IMG/VR virus record: IMGVR_UViG_3300019487_000005
Location: 5,031-69,030 of that record
Origin: a virus
Length of the DNA: 64,000 nucleotides
Reading direction: 5' to 3' (one strand)
In this document: positions 15,782-25,216 of the stretch, one piece after another
How the letters are laid out: each line of letters opens with the position of its first letter
Position numbering within the stretch: position 1 is the first letter of the stretch
The notes under the pieces: model-generated
Databases searched by the model: none
What the model was told of the DNA's origin: nothing
What the model saw: only the letters and a program-made list of their open reading frames with translations
Made by a program: the position numbers and the translations under genes

Positions 15782-16960
15782 ATGAAACTTAGCCTGGTCG
15801 CAGTTTGCTGTTTGTTCTTGGGGATGATGATTTCGTTTTCGTCCTCGGCCCAAGATCCGTGTGTTTGTCCTTGCCCGACGCCAAGTCCTACGCCCACCAG
15901 TACGCCTACGCCAACGGCAACTTCTACTCCAACTCCTACTCCTACGCCAACACCGACTCCCACCAGTACGCCCACCCCAACACCTACGCCGGAACCGATA
16001 GGCGGGGCGATTTACTACGTCTCGCCTACTGGTAACGACTCTAACTCAGGAGATTTATCGCGGCCGTTCAGGACGATAGCCAAAGGGATCTCCGCGGCTC
16101 GAGCCGGGGACGCGGTGTATGTTCGTGAAGGGGTTTATACAGAGAACGTCTCGGTGACCAAGAGCGGCACACCTACACAGAGAGTCCTGATAGCGAACTA
16201 TCCGGGTGAGCGGCCGATTCTTCGTGGACTACAGCGGTTTGTATTTAATTACGTAACCTGGCGGGGAGTGCACCTGACCTGGAATACGGGAGGGTATTCC
16301 GATCACATGGTGAAGTTTGTCGGCGGGACAGGATGGATCTTGGAGCAGACGGAAGTGTTTGGAGCGCGTTCGTTTGCGAACATCTTAGTCGCGACTCGCC
16401 CGAGTGATTGGGTGATCAGAAATAACTGGATCTACGACACCTGGGGTGGTGAGTCAAACATCTTTCGGTCGCACAACTTGTATATCAACACAGAACTGAA
16501 CGCAGGATCGGGATTGATTGAAGGGAACGTGATCTTTAACGCGCCTCATGGGTGCAATGTGAAATTGGCTGGTCCGGGAGGGCCGGGAGGCGGATCGGCA
16601 AACGTGACTGTGAGGTACAACACGATCTACCAGGGGATTCAGCCGGTGTTGATTGGGGATGGATCGAAGAACAACTTAATCGAATACAACATTATTGGCA
16701 GAGGGATCAGGCCGGACGGGAAGAGTTACTTACTGCGTCTCTATCAATTAGTTGGAGTCAACAATATCGTCAGAAACAATCTGGGTTTTGACGCTGATAT
16801 GTGGTGTTCTGACTACAACGGAGGGAACTTTAAATGTTCCGGGGTTGACGGGGGAGGAAATCTATTTCCTCTAGATCCTGACTTTGATTCAACGAGTGTG
16901 GGAGGGTTCAGGCCGGGGAATCCTCAGGCTCAGAATTATGGAGCGTTTGCGCCGCGATGA
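15782..16960 (+). CDS. secreted right-handed beta-helix (pectate-lyase-fold) protein with Pro/Thr linker
   Basis: 392-aa ORF. Sec-type signal (..ISFSSSA/QD), a ~45-aa (P/T/S) linker, then YYVSPTGNDSNSGDLSRPFRTIAKGISAARAGDAVYVREGVY typical of DUF1565/pectin-lyase-fold proteins. Confidence 0.7.
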   Translation: MKLSLVAVCCLFLGMMISFSSSAQDPCVCPCPTPSPTPTSTPTPTATSTPTPTPTPTPTPTSTPTPTPTPEPIGGAIYYVSPTGNDSNSGDLSRPFRTIAKGISAARAGDAVYVREGVYTENVSVTKSGTPTQRVLIANYPGERPILRGLQRFVFNYVTWRGVHLTWNTGGYSDHMVKFVGGTGWILEQTEVFGARSFANILVATRPSDWVIRNNWIYDTWGGESNIFRSHNLYINTELNAGSGLIEGNVIFNAPHGCNVKLAGPGGPGGGSANVTVRYNTIYQGIQPVLIGDGSKNNLIEYNIIGRGIRPDGKSYLLRLYQLVGVNNIVRNNLGFDADMWCSDYNGGNFKCSGVDGGGNLFPLDPDFDSTSVGGFRPGNPQAQNYGAFAPR

Positions 16961-16972
16961 ACTGAGTTTTAG

Positions 16973-17698
16973 ATGGCTATTATAGCAACGCATTTGACCA
17001 CGGACAGAAGTTTAACAGATGGCACGGAATTCACGACTGCCTCGATCTCCCCAGCCTCGAATGCCTTGGTGCTATTGTTGGTTAGAGGGAGGAGATCAAA
17101 TGGGCTGGGTTCTTCGCCAACAGTTTCTGGTAATGGACTGACGTGGGTGGAGATTGTCTCGGTAGGGTTTGAGTTAGTCAGCACAGGTTGGTGTCGTTTG
17201 TCTTTATTTCGGGCTATGGGTGTCTCCCCTTCCTCCGGAACTGTAAGCATCAATTATTCAGGTGGGAATTTAAATTGTTGTTTCTGGTCTATTGTGCAGT
17301 TTGAGGGAGTGGACACCTCAGGCACAAATGGCTCTGGGGCGGTAATCCAATCGGCCACCAATGCTCAGGATTCAGGCACTACGTTAACAGTGACTTTAAG
17401 TGCGTTCTCTGATCCGGGCAATGCCACTTATGGCGGGTTCTCAATTTCCAAGGCCACTGAAGCGATAAATCCTGGCTCGGGCTTTACTGAGTTTGCTGAG
17501 GCACAAGGGACAGGAACGAGCGCGGATTCGGGAACAATCCAGAGTGAGTATTTACTAGGAAATGATACTTCGGTTGACGCGTCATGGGCCACAAGTGCCA
17601 ATGATTCTGGGGGCATTGCCGTGGAAATTAAGGCGGCACTAGCAGCAGCAGTCCCCTGGGATCGTCCACAACAGTTCAGTCAACTTTTAGCGCAGTGA
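16973..17698 (+). CDS. hypothetical protein
   Basis: 241-aa ORF, Ser/Thr/Gly-rich. Confidence 0.5.
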   Translation: MAIIATHLTTDRSLTDGTEFTTASISPASNALVLLLVRGRRSNGLGSSPTVSGNGLTWVEIVSVGFELVSTGWCRLSLFRAMGVSPSSGTVSINYSGGNLNCCFWSIVQFEGVDTSGTNGSGAVIQSATNAQDSGTTLTVTLSAFSDPGNATYGGFSISKATEAINPGSGFTEFAEAQGTGTSADSGTIQSEYLLGNDTSVDASWATSANDSGGIAVEIKAALAAAVPWDRPQQFSQLLAQ

Positions 17699-17705
17699 GA
17701 AGAGT

Positions 17706-18212
17706 ATGACAGGCAGAATTTATGCGGCCTCGGCTGAGAATCTCACGCTTGGCACTGGAAATGTTTTGATTGCCCTTCGTACTGCCACGGGAGTGAACGC
17801 GGCCTCGATCCTCGGAATCAAGCGGGTAGAGATAGCGCAGAATGGAACGACTACGAGCGCCCAGATTCGGGGGGCGTTTTCTACGCGAAACACTTCTGGG
17901 ACATTGACTACTACGTCAGTGACGCCAGCAAACCTATCGGTGGTGACAGGACCATCGTCGGGGCTAAGCGGAAACACCAGCGTGATCGGGGCAGCGGCCC
18001 GGATTGGGGTGAACTCCTCAGCGGATTCTGGGGGTACTTATACCGATCATCTGCATTTCAATTTTAATAATCTGAATGGGTTTCTTTGGGTACCGACGCC
18101 TGAAGAAACAATTCTGGTTCCGCCTGATGTAGTGTGGTGTGTCAGGCTGCTGGCGACTCCGGGTACTACTTCAGGGTGGACAATTCTACTTATCTATCAA
18201 GAGCTTAACTAA
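17706..18212 (+). CDS. hypothetical protein
   Basis: 168-aa ORF. Confidence 0.5.
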   Translation: MTGRIYAASAENLTLGTGNVLIALRTATGVNAASILGIKRVEIAQNGTTTSAQIRGAFSTRNTSGTLTTTSVTPANLSVVTGPSSGLSGNTSVIGAAARIGVNSSADSGGTYTDHLHFNFNNLNGFLWVPTPEETILVPPDVVWCVRLLATPGTTSGWTILLIYQELN

Positions 18213-20195
18213 ATGGCGATCTGGCGCGGTCAACCTCCACCTCAACGGCCGCCGCGCAAGATTGCGCCTCTAGTCAGTCAGCCACAGACCTACGAAACTA
18301 CTGTTTCCGGCTCAGTCTCTAGTTCCGCGTCTCTGGTTGAACAGGTAAATAAGGTTCTGAGTGCGTCGGCAACCTCTTCTGGCGTCTTACTCAGCTCTTT
18401 TGCCCGGTCACTTACTGCAACTCTAATTTCAAGTGGGTTATTAGCCTCTCAGGCTCAAAAGCTGTTTGCGGGAGCCCTGTCCCTTGCCGCTGTGGTGAGC
18501 TTTGTTCTTTCTCGTGTTTTTTTAGGGTCAATCTCTTTTGCGGGAACGCTGATTAACCAGTTTCAGCGGTTGTTTGCCGGGTCAATAAGCTCAGCCGGAA
18601 GCATTCTTAATTCCATCTCACGGATTGTTAGTGGAACCATTGCTTTAGCGGGTAGTTTGCTGAACTCGATTGCCCGAGTATTCGTCGGCGCTCTGACCTC
18701 AGCCGGGGAGCTAACTGCGGTACGAATCATCCTTCTGGCTCTTGCTGGGGTGTTGAGCACAACGGGATCGTTAATCAAGCAAACAGCACGTCTTTTCCAG
18801 TCCGCGCTTGATTTCAGTGGGAGTGTAGTTAAGAGTGTTCAGCGAGTGCTCACAGCATCGCTGGCTTCCAGTGGGGTTTTAACAGCGGTTCGGATAATTG
18901 TCCTCACAGTCTCGGGTACGCTCAGCTCGAGCGGTGCATTACTCGGAACGGTCGGGAAATACCTTTCATCGGCCATTGATTCGGTTGGCGCCATCTCTAA
19001 GGCTGTGGCGCGTCTGCTTACTGCGTCTCTAGCATCTTCGGGCGCAGTAGCGAATATTCGAACAGTGCTCTTGGCCTTAAGTGGAACTCTTACGTCGGCT
19101 GGGAGTTTGATTCGTTCGGCACTCAAGAGCTTCACGTCGAGTGTGAGTTCCAGCGGTGTGCTGGAAGTTCTACGAATAGTTTATTTGAGCATTTCAGGGA
19201 CTATTGCATCCAGTGCAACATTAGTTAAATTTGCGGGTCAGGCACTCACGGCAAGTATTACTCCTACGGCCACACTGGAAAACATAAAGACAGTTTTACT
19301 GGCTTTGAGTGGCGCGTTGACCTCGGCGGGAAGTGTTCTTAAAAGCACACTTCGAAATCTCTCGGCCTCTCTTTCTTCGAGTGGTGCTTTAGCGAATCTT
19401 CGTACTGCTGTGCTGAGCGTGGCAGGTTCGGTTTCCTCAACGGGGTCTCTTCTGAAGATGGTGGGTCGAGCCTTCGGTGCGGCGCTAGCTCTGAGTGCCA
19501 CGCTGGATGTTCTCCGGTTAATAGTCAGGGTATTCAGTGGAACTTTAACGAGTAGTGGAACGCTGATTCAAAGCTTGCTGCGAGCATTTACGGCCTCGCT
19601 CAGCAGTGCTGGAACCTTAACTAAATCCCTGCTCCGAGCTTTCGCTGGAGTGATTGCTTCAAGTGGCGCACTGACTCAGATAAAACTGGTTCTCTTAGCG
19701 GTGAGTGGAGCGATTGTTTCGGCTGGGAGTTTGCTGAACACTTCAGTGAAGACGTTCAGTGCTCAGATTAGCTCAGCAGGACAGATTCTAAAACACGGTT
19801 CCAGATTGATCAGTGGCTCTATGGCGTCTTCGGGGGCGATTAGCCAGGTACGAATGGTGTTCTTGGCGCTGGTCGCTTCTCTCGCTTCAGCGGGCAGCAC
19901 GTCTTTGTCGGTTGGAAAGTTTTTTGTCGGCCAGCTTACTTCTGTGGGTGCTCTTTTGAAGTCGTTGGCGGTTCGGTTTGTCGGAGTTATCGGCAGTAGC
20001 GGTCTTGCTCTATTGGAGATCGTTGGAGTGGTCCCGTCGATTCAGCGGACGGTGATAGTCCTGAGGGATCTCAGACAGACTGCGGTTAAGGCAGTTAGTC
20101 GAACATTTAAGTTGGAAAATCGTGGAATAATGCGAGTGAGAGAAGATCCGCGCTCGACGCTGATCGAAGAAGACGATAGAGACGTGGAGGTTTGA
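18213..20195 (+). CDS. tandem-repeat protein (~33 copies of a 17-18-aa S/A/G/L-rich unit)
   Basis: 660-aa ORF. Recurring units include RLFAGSISSAGSILNSIS / RIVSGTIALAGSLLNSIA / RVLTASLASSGVLTAVRI. Confidence 0.6.
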   Translation: MAIWRGQPPPQRPPRKIAPLVSQPQTYETTVSGSVSSSASLVEQVNKVLSASATSSGVLLSSFARSLTATLISSGLLASQAQKLFAGALSLAAVVSFVLSRVFLGSISFAGTLINQFQRLFAGSISSAGSILNSISRIVSGTIALAGSLLNSIARVFVGALTSAGELTAVRIILLALAGVLSTTGSLIKQTARLFQSALDFSGSVVKSVQRVLTASLASSGVLTAVRIIVLTVSGTLSSSGALLGTVGKYLSSAIDSVGAISKAVARLLTASLASSGAVANIRTVLLALSGTLTSAGSLIRSALKSFTSSVSSSGVLEVLRIVYLSISGTIASSATLVKFAGQALTASITPTATLENIKTVLLALSGALTSAGSVLKSTLRNLSASLSSSGALANLRTAVLSVAGSVSSTGSLLKMVGRAFGAALALSATLDVLRLIVRVFSGTLTSSGTLIQSLLRAFTASLSSAGTLTKSLLRAFAGVIASSGALTQIKLVLLAVSGAIVSAGSLLNTSVKTFSAQISSAGQILKHGSRLISGSMASSGAISQVRMVFLALVASLASAGSTSLSVGKFFVGQLTSVGALLKSLAVRFVGVIGSSGLALLEIVGVVPSIQRTVIVLRDLRQTAVKAVSRTFKLENRGIMRVREDPRSTLIEEDDRDVEV

Positions 20196-20198
20196 AAC

Positions 20199-20894
20199 AT
20201 GACTGTAGGAAGCATTGCACCGGGGGGCGCAGTGGCTATGAGGGTGCTCAGGGGCGGAAGCTATTCAGCCGTTCCTCCGAAGGAATTGGGGATTCTAGCA
20301 ATCCTCTGGTATGGGTTGCCACGTCCTGGGCTTACTGGAGACGTTTTCTGGTGGAAGTGCCGGAATCTCCCGCATCTCTGGCGGGGTTTGTGGCGCCTCG
20401 TAGTAGCTCGATTCTTCAATTTATCTTACCACTATGGCCAACTCTCACTCGTTAAAGTTAACTCTCAGGGACAGGCAACGGACTACGGTTTAGTGAGCCT
20501 CCGGGTGGTCACGACAGCGGGAGTGAACTTTCTGGTTGACGCGCTTCAGGGAACGGTTGAGCCGGAGATCTTGAAGTATCACGGTTTGGGTACTGGGGCG
20601 AATGCTGAAGCTGTGGGCGATACGGCCTTACAAACCGAGTTGAGTACACAATACAACCCAAACGATACTCGGGCCACGGGATCGCTGACTGAGGGAGCCA
20701 GTGCGAACATCTTTCGAACGGTAGGGACAAACACTGTGGATGCCTCTGCGGCGGTGACGGAGCATGGAATCCTCAGCCAAGCGGCAACAGGCGGCGGGAC
20801 GCTCTTGGATCGTTCTGTCTTCTCAGTGATCAACCTGGCTAACGGCGACAGTCTTCAAAGCACTTATGATTTGACTTTGTCGAGTGGGGGTTGA
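20199..20894 (+). CDS. hypothetical protein (start uncertain)
   Basis: 231-aa ORF. The C-terminal 150 aa look globular (..KYHGLGTGANAEAVGDTALQTEL..). The Trp-rich N-terminus is odd. Confidence 0.45.
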   Translation: MTVGSIAPGGAVAMRVLRGGSYSAVPPKELGILAILWYGLPRPGLTGDVFWWKCRNLPHLWRGLWRLVVARFFNLSYHYGQLSLVKVNSQGQATDYGLVSLRVVTTAGVNFLVDALQGTVEPEILKYHGLGTGANAEAVGDTALQTELSTQYNPNDTRATGSLTEGASANIFRTVGTNTVDASAAVTEHGILSQAATGGGTLLDRSVFSVINLANGDSLQSTYDLTLSSGG

Positions 20895-20946
20895 CCTTTC
20901 CTCATTGCCCTACATGCCAGTGTTTTACCGGAGTGAATCTTAGTAA

Positions 20947-21219
20947 ATGATAGTCTCACGATTTGTTAAGAATCCGAACTCCAAGCTGGATTACTCTCTT
21001 AACTGGGATGATTGGCTTGGGGCGAACACGATTACTGCGTCGAGTTGGGCCCCTTCTGTTCCAGTGGGACTTACGGAGCACTCTGACGGATTCGCCGGTG
21101 ACGTAACGACGGTAAGAGTATCCGGTGGGACAAGCGGGCAGAATTACAAGTTGATCAACTCTATTACCGCTTCGAATGGTGAGCAGGAGGAGCGTTCTAT
21201 CCTGGTTAAAGTCCGATAA
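20947..21219 (+). CDS. conserved small phage protein
   Basis: 90-aa ORF. The pattern LDYSLNWDDWLG..DTITASSW...VRVSGGTSGQNYKLINSITASNGEQEERSILVKV recurs in phage virion-associated small proteins. Confidence 0.5.
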   Translation: MIVSRFVKNPNSKLDYSLNWDDWLGANTITASSWAPSVPVGLTEHSDGFAGDVTTVRVSGGTSGQNYKLINSITASNGEQEERSILVKVR

Positions 21220-21222
21220 GAT

Positions 21223-21405
21223 GTGTTCAGAGCGAGTGACCATGACAAAATGGTGCTCCGGGTGAGCGGTAAGAAGGGGAGTTGTGGCCACGGAATCTAT
21301 CCTCGAGAGTTATTCTGGAGAATCGAGCAGAGAGACTTAAAAGAGTTGTATGGCAAGCACGAGCTGAGTTTCTGGGAAAGGATCAAGGCGTGGTTTAGAA
21401 AGTGA
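21223..21405 (+). CDS. hypothetical protein
   Basis: 60-aa ORF with a 4-nt overlap with the next gene. Confidence 0.35.
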   Translation: MFRASDHDKMVLRVSGKKGSCGHGIYPRELFWRIEQRDLKELYGKHELSFWERIKAWFRK

Positions 21406-21914
21406 CACGATTATTGCTTTACCCGATCTTGTCGATTTCCTTTCTGGCTTGCGCTCAACCACGTTCTTTACACTTTCTGATGTTTGGCATTTCAGGATTG
21501 ATAAGCTGGCAGTTCGTCGAGTATTCGTTTCACCGCTTCATATTTCACAACGAGAAGCTGGGCCAGTGGGCGAACAACATGCTCTACAACCATCGAGAGC
21601 ATCACCGCCACCCAAACCACAAGGAGCATTTATTCCTTCCGCTCAAGCTTACATTGCCAGTCTCAAGCGTTCTCGTCCTGACTCTTATCTTATTGACAGG
21701 TAAAGAGATAGCCGCATGTTTCTACTTTGGATTGTTGCTTGGATATTTTGGGTATGAATTGATTCACTTCAAGGCGCACTATGGAAAGCCGAGTAGGAGG
21801 CAACCATGGAGGTTCTTGAGAGACTATCATTTAAGACACCACCACTTTGATGAGAGTAAAAGGTTTGGGGTGAGCAGTCCCTTAGTCGATTTAATCTTCA
21901 GCACATTTAGGTGA
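21402..21914 (+). CDS. fatty acid hydroxylase-superfamily membrane enzyme (di-iron His-box protein)
   Basis: 170-aa ORF (GTG start). Three His boxes: HRFIFH, HREHHRH, HLRHHH. Hydrophobic segments lie between them. Confidence 0.6.
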   Translation: MTRLLLYPILSISFLACAQPRSLHFLMFGISGLISWQFVEYSFHRFIFHNEKLGQWANNMLYNHREHHRHPNHKEHLFLPLKLTLPVSSVLVLTLILLTGKEIAACFYFGLLLGYFGYELIHFKAHYGKPSRRQPWRFLRDYHLRHHHFDESKRFGVSSPLVDLIFSTFR

Positions 21915-21924
21915 TAATGCCCGC

Positions 21925-22137
21925 ATGAGCGTAGTTACCAGCATTATTTTGACTTGCGATTTGGGGGAGGAGCAAGGGGATGATGTCTTTCCGCCAATTG
22001 ATGAAATAAATGCGTGGTTGATGGCTAAGGATTATGGAAAGCTGGAGCATTTAAATGGGCATGCCCAACAGGTTAAAGAACGTGGGGTTTGGGTTAATGA
22101 AGTTAACGACAGAAAAAAGGCAAATCTTTCTCGATGA
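21925..22137 (+). CDS. hypothetical protein
   Basis: 70-aa ORF that overlaps the probable terS start. Confidence 0.35.
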   Translation: MSVVTSIILTCDLGEEQGDDVFPPIDEINAWLMAKDYGKLEHLNGHAQQVKERGVWVNEVNDRKKANLSR

Positions 22138-22483
22138 ATTAGCGGCTGGAAATAGTGTGACTTCCGGGGCACGGCTGATTAGTGTATCCACTGTTGCTCT
22201 CTACAAATTGCGGCACAATGATGCTGAATTTGCGAGTAAATGGGCTGAGGCGTTGGAGAGCGGAACGGACATTCTCGAGGACGAGGCTGTAAGGCGAGCG
22301 AAGGATGGCAGCGACACTCTATTGATATTTCTATTGAAGGGTCGCCGGCCGGCCAAGTATCGTGAACACGTACGCGTAACAGTTACCGAAGTGGATAAGA
22401 TGATTGATATGGCGTGCGAAGAACACAACCTACCTTTACCCGAAACCTTTGGTGGTGAGCCATTGAATGAGCCAGAGATGTGA
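22097..22483 (+). CDS. terS: terminase small subunit
   Basis: The internal ATG at 22097 gives MKLTTEKRQIFLDELAAGNSVTSGARLISVSTVALYKLRHNDAEFASKW... (HTH). Sits immediately upstream of terL with a 4-nt overlap. Confidence 0.65.
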   Translation: MKLTTEKRQIFLDELAAGNSVTSGARLISVSTVALYKLRHNDAEFASKWAEALESGTDILEDEAVRRAKDGSDTLLIFLLKGRRPAKYREHVRVTVTEVDKMIDMACEEHNLPLPETFGGEPLNEPEM

Positions 22484-23820
22484 GTATCCAGTTAGGCCCA
22501 GACTTAAACAAATGGCCAGACGCAATCAGGAAGAGATATCAGGAACGGCGTCTGCGAGCGAGGCAGTCAACTGAGCATCGGATCACGGTTGGCAATTTAA
22601 CCCTTCCTGCTCCTCACCCCAGTCAACAGTACGTATTGAACGCCGAGCGACGGTGGAATATTTTATGCTGTGGGCGTCGTTGGGGGAAAACTACCATTGC
22701 GATTGACAGATTAGTTCGTCCGGCAATGGAGGGCTACCCAGTTGCCTACTTCTCACCTTATTACAAAATGCTCACTGATGTCTGGCGCGAAATGAAGCAC
22801 ATTCTTTTGCCAGCGACGGCTCGCAAGAGCGATCAGGAGCACAGAATTGAACTCACTACTGGTGGCATAGTCGATATGTGGTCTCTTGATAATGCTGATG
22901 CTGTAAGAGGTAGAAAATATAAGCGGGTAGTAGTGGATGAAGCGGCTATGGTGAAAGACCTGGAAAATGCTTTTCAGGCAGTGATTCGCCCTACACTTAC
23001 TGACTATGAGGGTGATGCGTGGTTTCCTTCGACGCCCAAGGGAATGGGGTATTTCAAGATGCTGTTTGATAAGGGTCAGGATCAGGCAAAACCAGACTGG
23101 GTATCATGGCGGATTCCGACTAGTGAGAGCCCTTACATTACCGCAGGAGAAATTGAGAGCGCCAAGCGGGAGTTGCCAGAACGCATCTTTGCTCAGGAAT
23201 ACTTAGCGGAATTCCTTGACGATGGTGGTGGGGTGTTTCGCAAGGTGCAAGAAGCGGCGACCGCCAATCAAATCGAGTATGGACTTGAAGGCCATGATTA
23301 TTTGATTGGAGCGGACTGGGGCAAGTATCAAGACTTTACCGTCTTAACAGTCCTCGACACCCTGACAAAAGAAGTGGTGAAAATCGACAGGTTCAATCAG
23401 ATCGATTATGCAGTTCAGATTTCCAGGCTGACGGCTTTATGTGGGCGCTTTCGCACCAAGTCAATCATTCCTGAGCGAAACTCAATGGGTGAACCGCTAA
23501 TTGAGCAGCTCCAGAGGGAAGGATATTCAGTTCACCCCTTTACCACAACGAATGCGAGTAAGGCTGAGGCGATAGATGCCCTGGCTTTGGCTTTCGAGCG
23601 GGGAGAATTGAAGATCCCTAATGATCCAGTGTTAATTGCTGAATTGCTCGCTTATGACGCGGAGCGATTGCCGAGTGGGATGTTGAGGTATGGAGCGCCG
23701 GCCAGGATGCACGACGACTGTGTGATGAGTTTGGCGCTGGCATGGAGTGGTGTTTCTCAGCAGCTTGTTAAGGTAAAACCGTTTTCGATTCCCCAGCGAA
23801 ATCCCTGGTTAATAAAATAA
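22480..23820 (+). CDS. terL: terminase large subunit
   Basis: 446-aa ORF with Walker A CCGRRWGKTT, Walker B RVVVDEAA and nuclease-type ..LIGADWG..D. Confidence 0.85.
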   Translation: MSIQLGPDLNKWPDAIRKRYQERRLRARQSTEHRITVGNLTLPAPHPSQQYVLNAERRWNILCCGRRWGKTTIAIDRLVRPAMEGYPVAYFSPYYKMLTDVWREMKHILLPATARKSDQEHRIELTTGGIVDMWSLDNADAVRGRKYKRVVVDEAAMVKDLENAFQAVIRPTLTDYEGDAWFPSTPKGMGYFKMLFDKGQDQAKPDWVSWRIPTSESPYITAGEIESAKRELPERIFAQEYLAEFLDDGGGVFRKVQEAATANQIEYGLEGHDYLIGADWGKYQDFTVLTVLDTLTKEVVKIDRFNQIDYAVQISRLTALCGRFRTKSIIPERNSMGEPLIEQLQREGYSVHPFTTTNASKAEAIDALALAFERGELKIPNDPVLIAELLAYDAERLPSGMLRYGAPARMHDDCVMSLALAWSGVSQQLVKVKPFSIPQRNPWLIK

Positions 23821-23847
23821 ATTCTCATCTAATGCTATTGCTTATGT

Positions 23848-25188
23848 GTGGCTCCGCCCAAACTAACTCAACCCTCTGGTAACTTCTCCGAACTGGGCCG
23901 CACCGGGCTCTTCGAACATTCCGGCTACATTAGAGAAGAGTTCCTTCGCGAGCTATCCGGCACACGCTGGAATCGTGTGGTCAGGGAAATGCTGGCGAAT
24001 GATCCAGTGATCAATGCCATGTTTTTCGTTATTGAGATGCTGGTAAGACAAGTTGAATGGGAAGTAGAACCTGCTTCAGATGCTAACGAAGATCAGCAAA
24101 CAGCTGAGTTTTTCAAGGAATGTCTGTTCCAGGACATGTCTACTTCGTGGGCTGAAAGTTTAGCTGAAATTCTTTCGTTCCTGCCGTGGGGATGGGCCTA
24201 TCATGAAGTGGTTTACAAGCGGCGGGGAGGTGAATCCAGAGATCCTGCTATTAATTCCAGGTTCACTGATGGGCGCATTGGCTGGCGGAAATGGCCCATT
24301 CGTGCTCAGGAATCACGTGAGCGCTGGTTGTTAGATGATAACGGCGGGATTCAAGCGCTAATTCAGCGTCCGGCCCCGCAATACAGGGAAATCATTGTCC
24401 CAATAGAGAAATCGCTGCTATTTCGCACAACTAGTCATAAGAACAACCCTGAGGGCAAATCCTTGCTAAGGGCATGTTATCGACCCTGGTATTTCAGGCA
24501 GAAGGTAGAGAATTTTGAAGGGATTGGGATTGAGCGGGACCTTGCTGGCCTTCCGCTGATGGCCATTCCTGCCCAGTACCTTAGCGAAAATGCTTCTCCT
24601 AGCGAACAGGCACTGGCAACTTATTGCAAGGAACTGGTTACAGCGGTGCGAAATGACGAGCAGGCAGGTTTATTGATTCCTTCTGATGTCTATCCAGAGA
24701 CGAGTATCCCGCAGTTTAGTTTTAATTTAGCGGGAACGGGTAGTCGGCGACTGTTTGATACTGACAAAGTTATTGCCCGGAAGAACCAGGAAATTCTGAT
24801 GAGGCTGTTGGCGGATTTTATTATTTTAGGGCATGAGCAAGTTGGATCATTTGCGCTATCAAGTAATAAAACCAATATGTTTGGTACGGCTTTAGGCGCT
24901 TGGTTGGAGTCTATTTCTGAGGTAATCAATCGCTACGCCATTCCTCGTCTCGGGAAGTTAAATGGGATGCCGGCAGAGAGTATGCCCAAACTCAAGCACC
25001 AGGACATTGAGTCAATCGATCTAGGTGAGTTGGGCGAGTTCATTAAGAATCTTTCTGGTGCTGGGGTCCGAATCACGCCGGACATGGCCGCATTTGCGGT
25101 CGAACAAGCGAAAATGCCCGTTCCTGATGATCACAACGAATTGATAGGTGAGGTGCAAGAAGAGTCAGAAGACGACGAAGAAACGTAA
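23848..25188 (+). CDS. portal protein
   Basis: 446-aa ORF (GTG start) located between terL and the prohead protease. Acidic C-terminus. Confidence 0.7.
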   Translation: MAPPKLTQPSGNFSELGRTGLFEHSGYIREEFLRELSGTRWNRVVREMLANDPVINAMFFVIEMLVRQVEWEVEPASDANEDQQTAEFFKECLFQDMSTSWAESLAEILSFLPWGWAYHEVVYKRRGGESRDPAINSRFTDGRIGWRKWPIRAQESRERWLLDDNGGIQALIQRPAPQYREIIVPIEKSLLFRTTSHKNNPEGKSLLRACYRPWYFRQKVENFEGIGIERDLAGLPLMAIPAQYLSENASPSEQALATYCKELVTAVRNDEQAGLLIPSDVYPETSIPQFSFNLAGTGSRRLFDTDKVIARKNQEILMRLLADFIILGHEQVGSFALSSNKTNMFGTALGAWLESISEVINRYAIPRLGKLNGMPAESMPKLKHQDIESIDLGELGEFIKNLSGAGVRITPDMAAFAVEQAKMPVPDDHNELIGEVQEESEDDEET

Positions 25189-25216
25189 ATCCTGATAGTA
25201 GCGTAAGTTTAACCCG

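Noticed and set aside
15685-15975. Minus-strand (GV)n ORF, and similarly the minus-strand (AV)n ORF at 58545-59003
   Set aside because: They are mirror images of the Pro/Thr-linker and Gly-X coding repeats on the plus strand. They have no independent start context and no non-repetitive domain.
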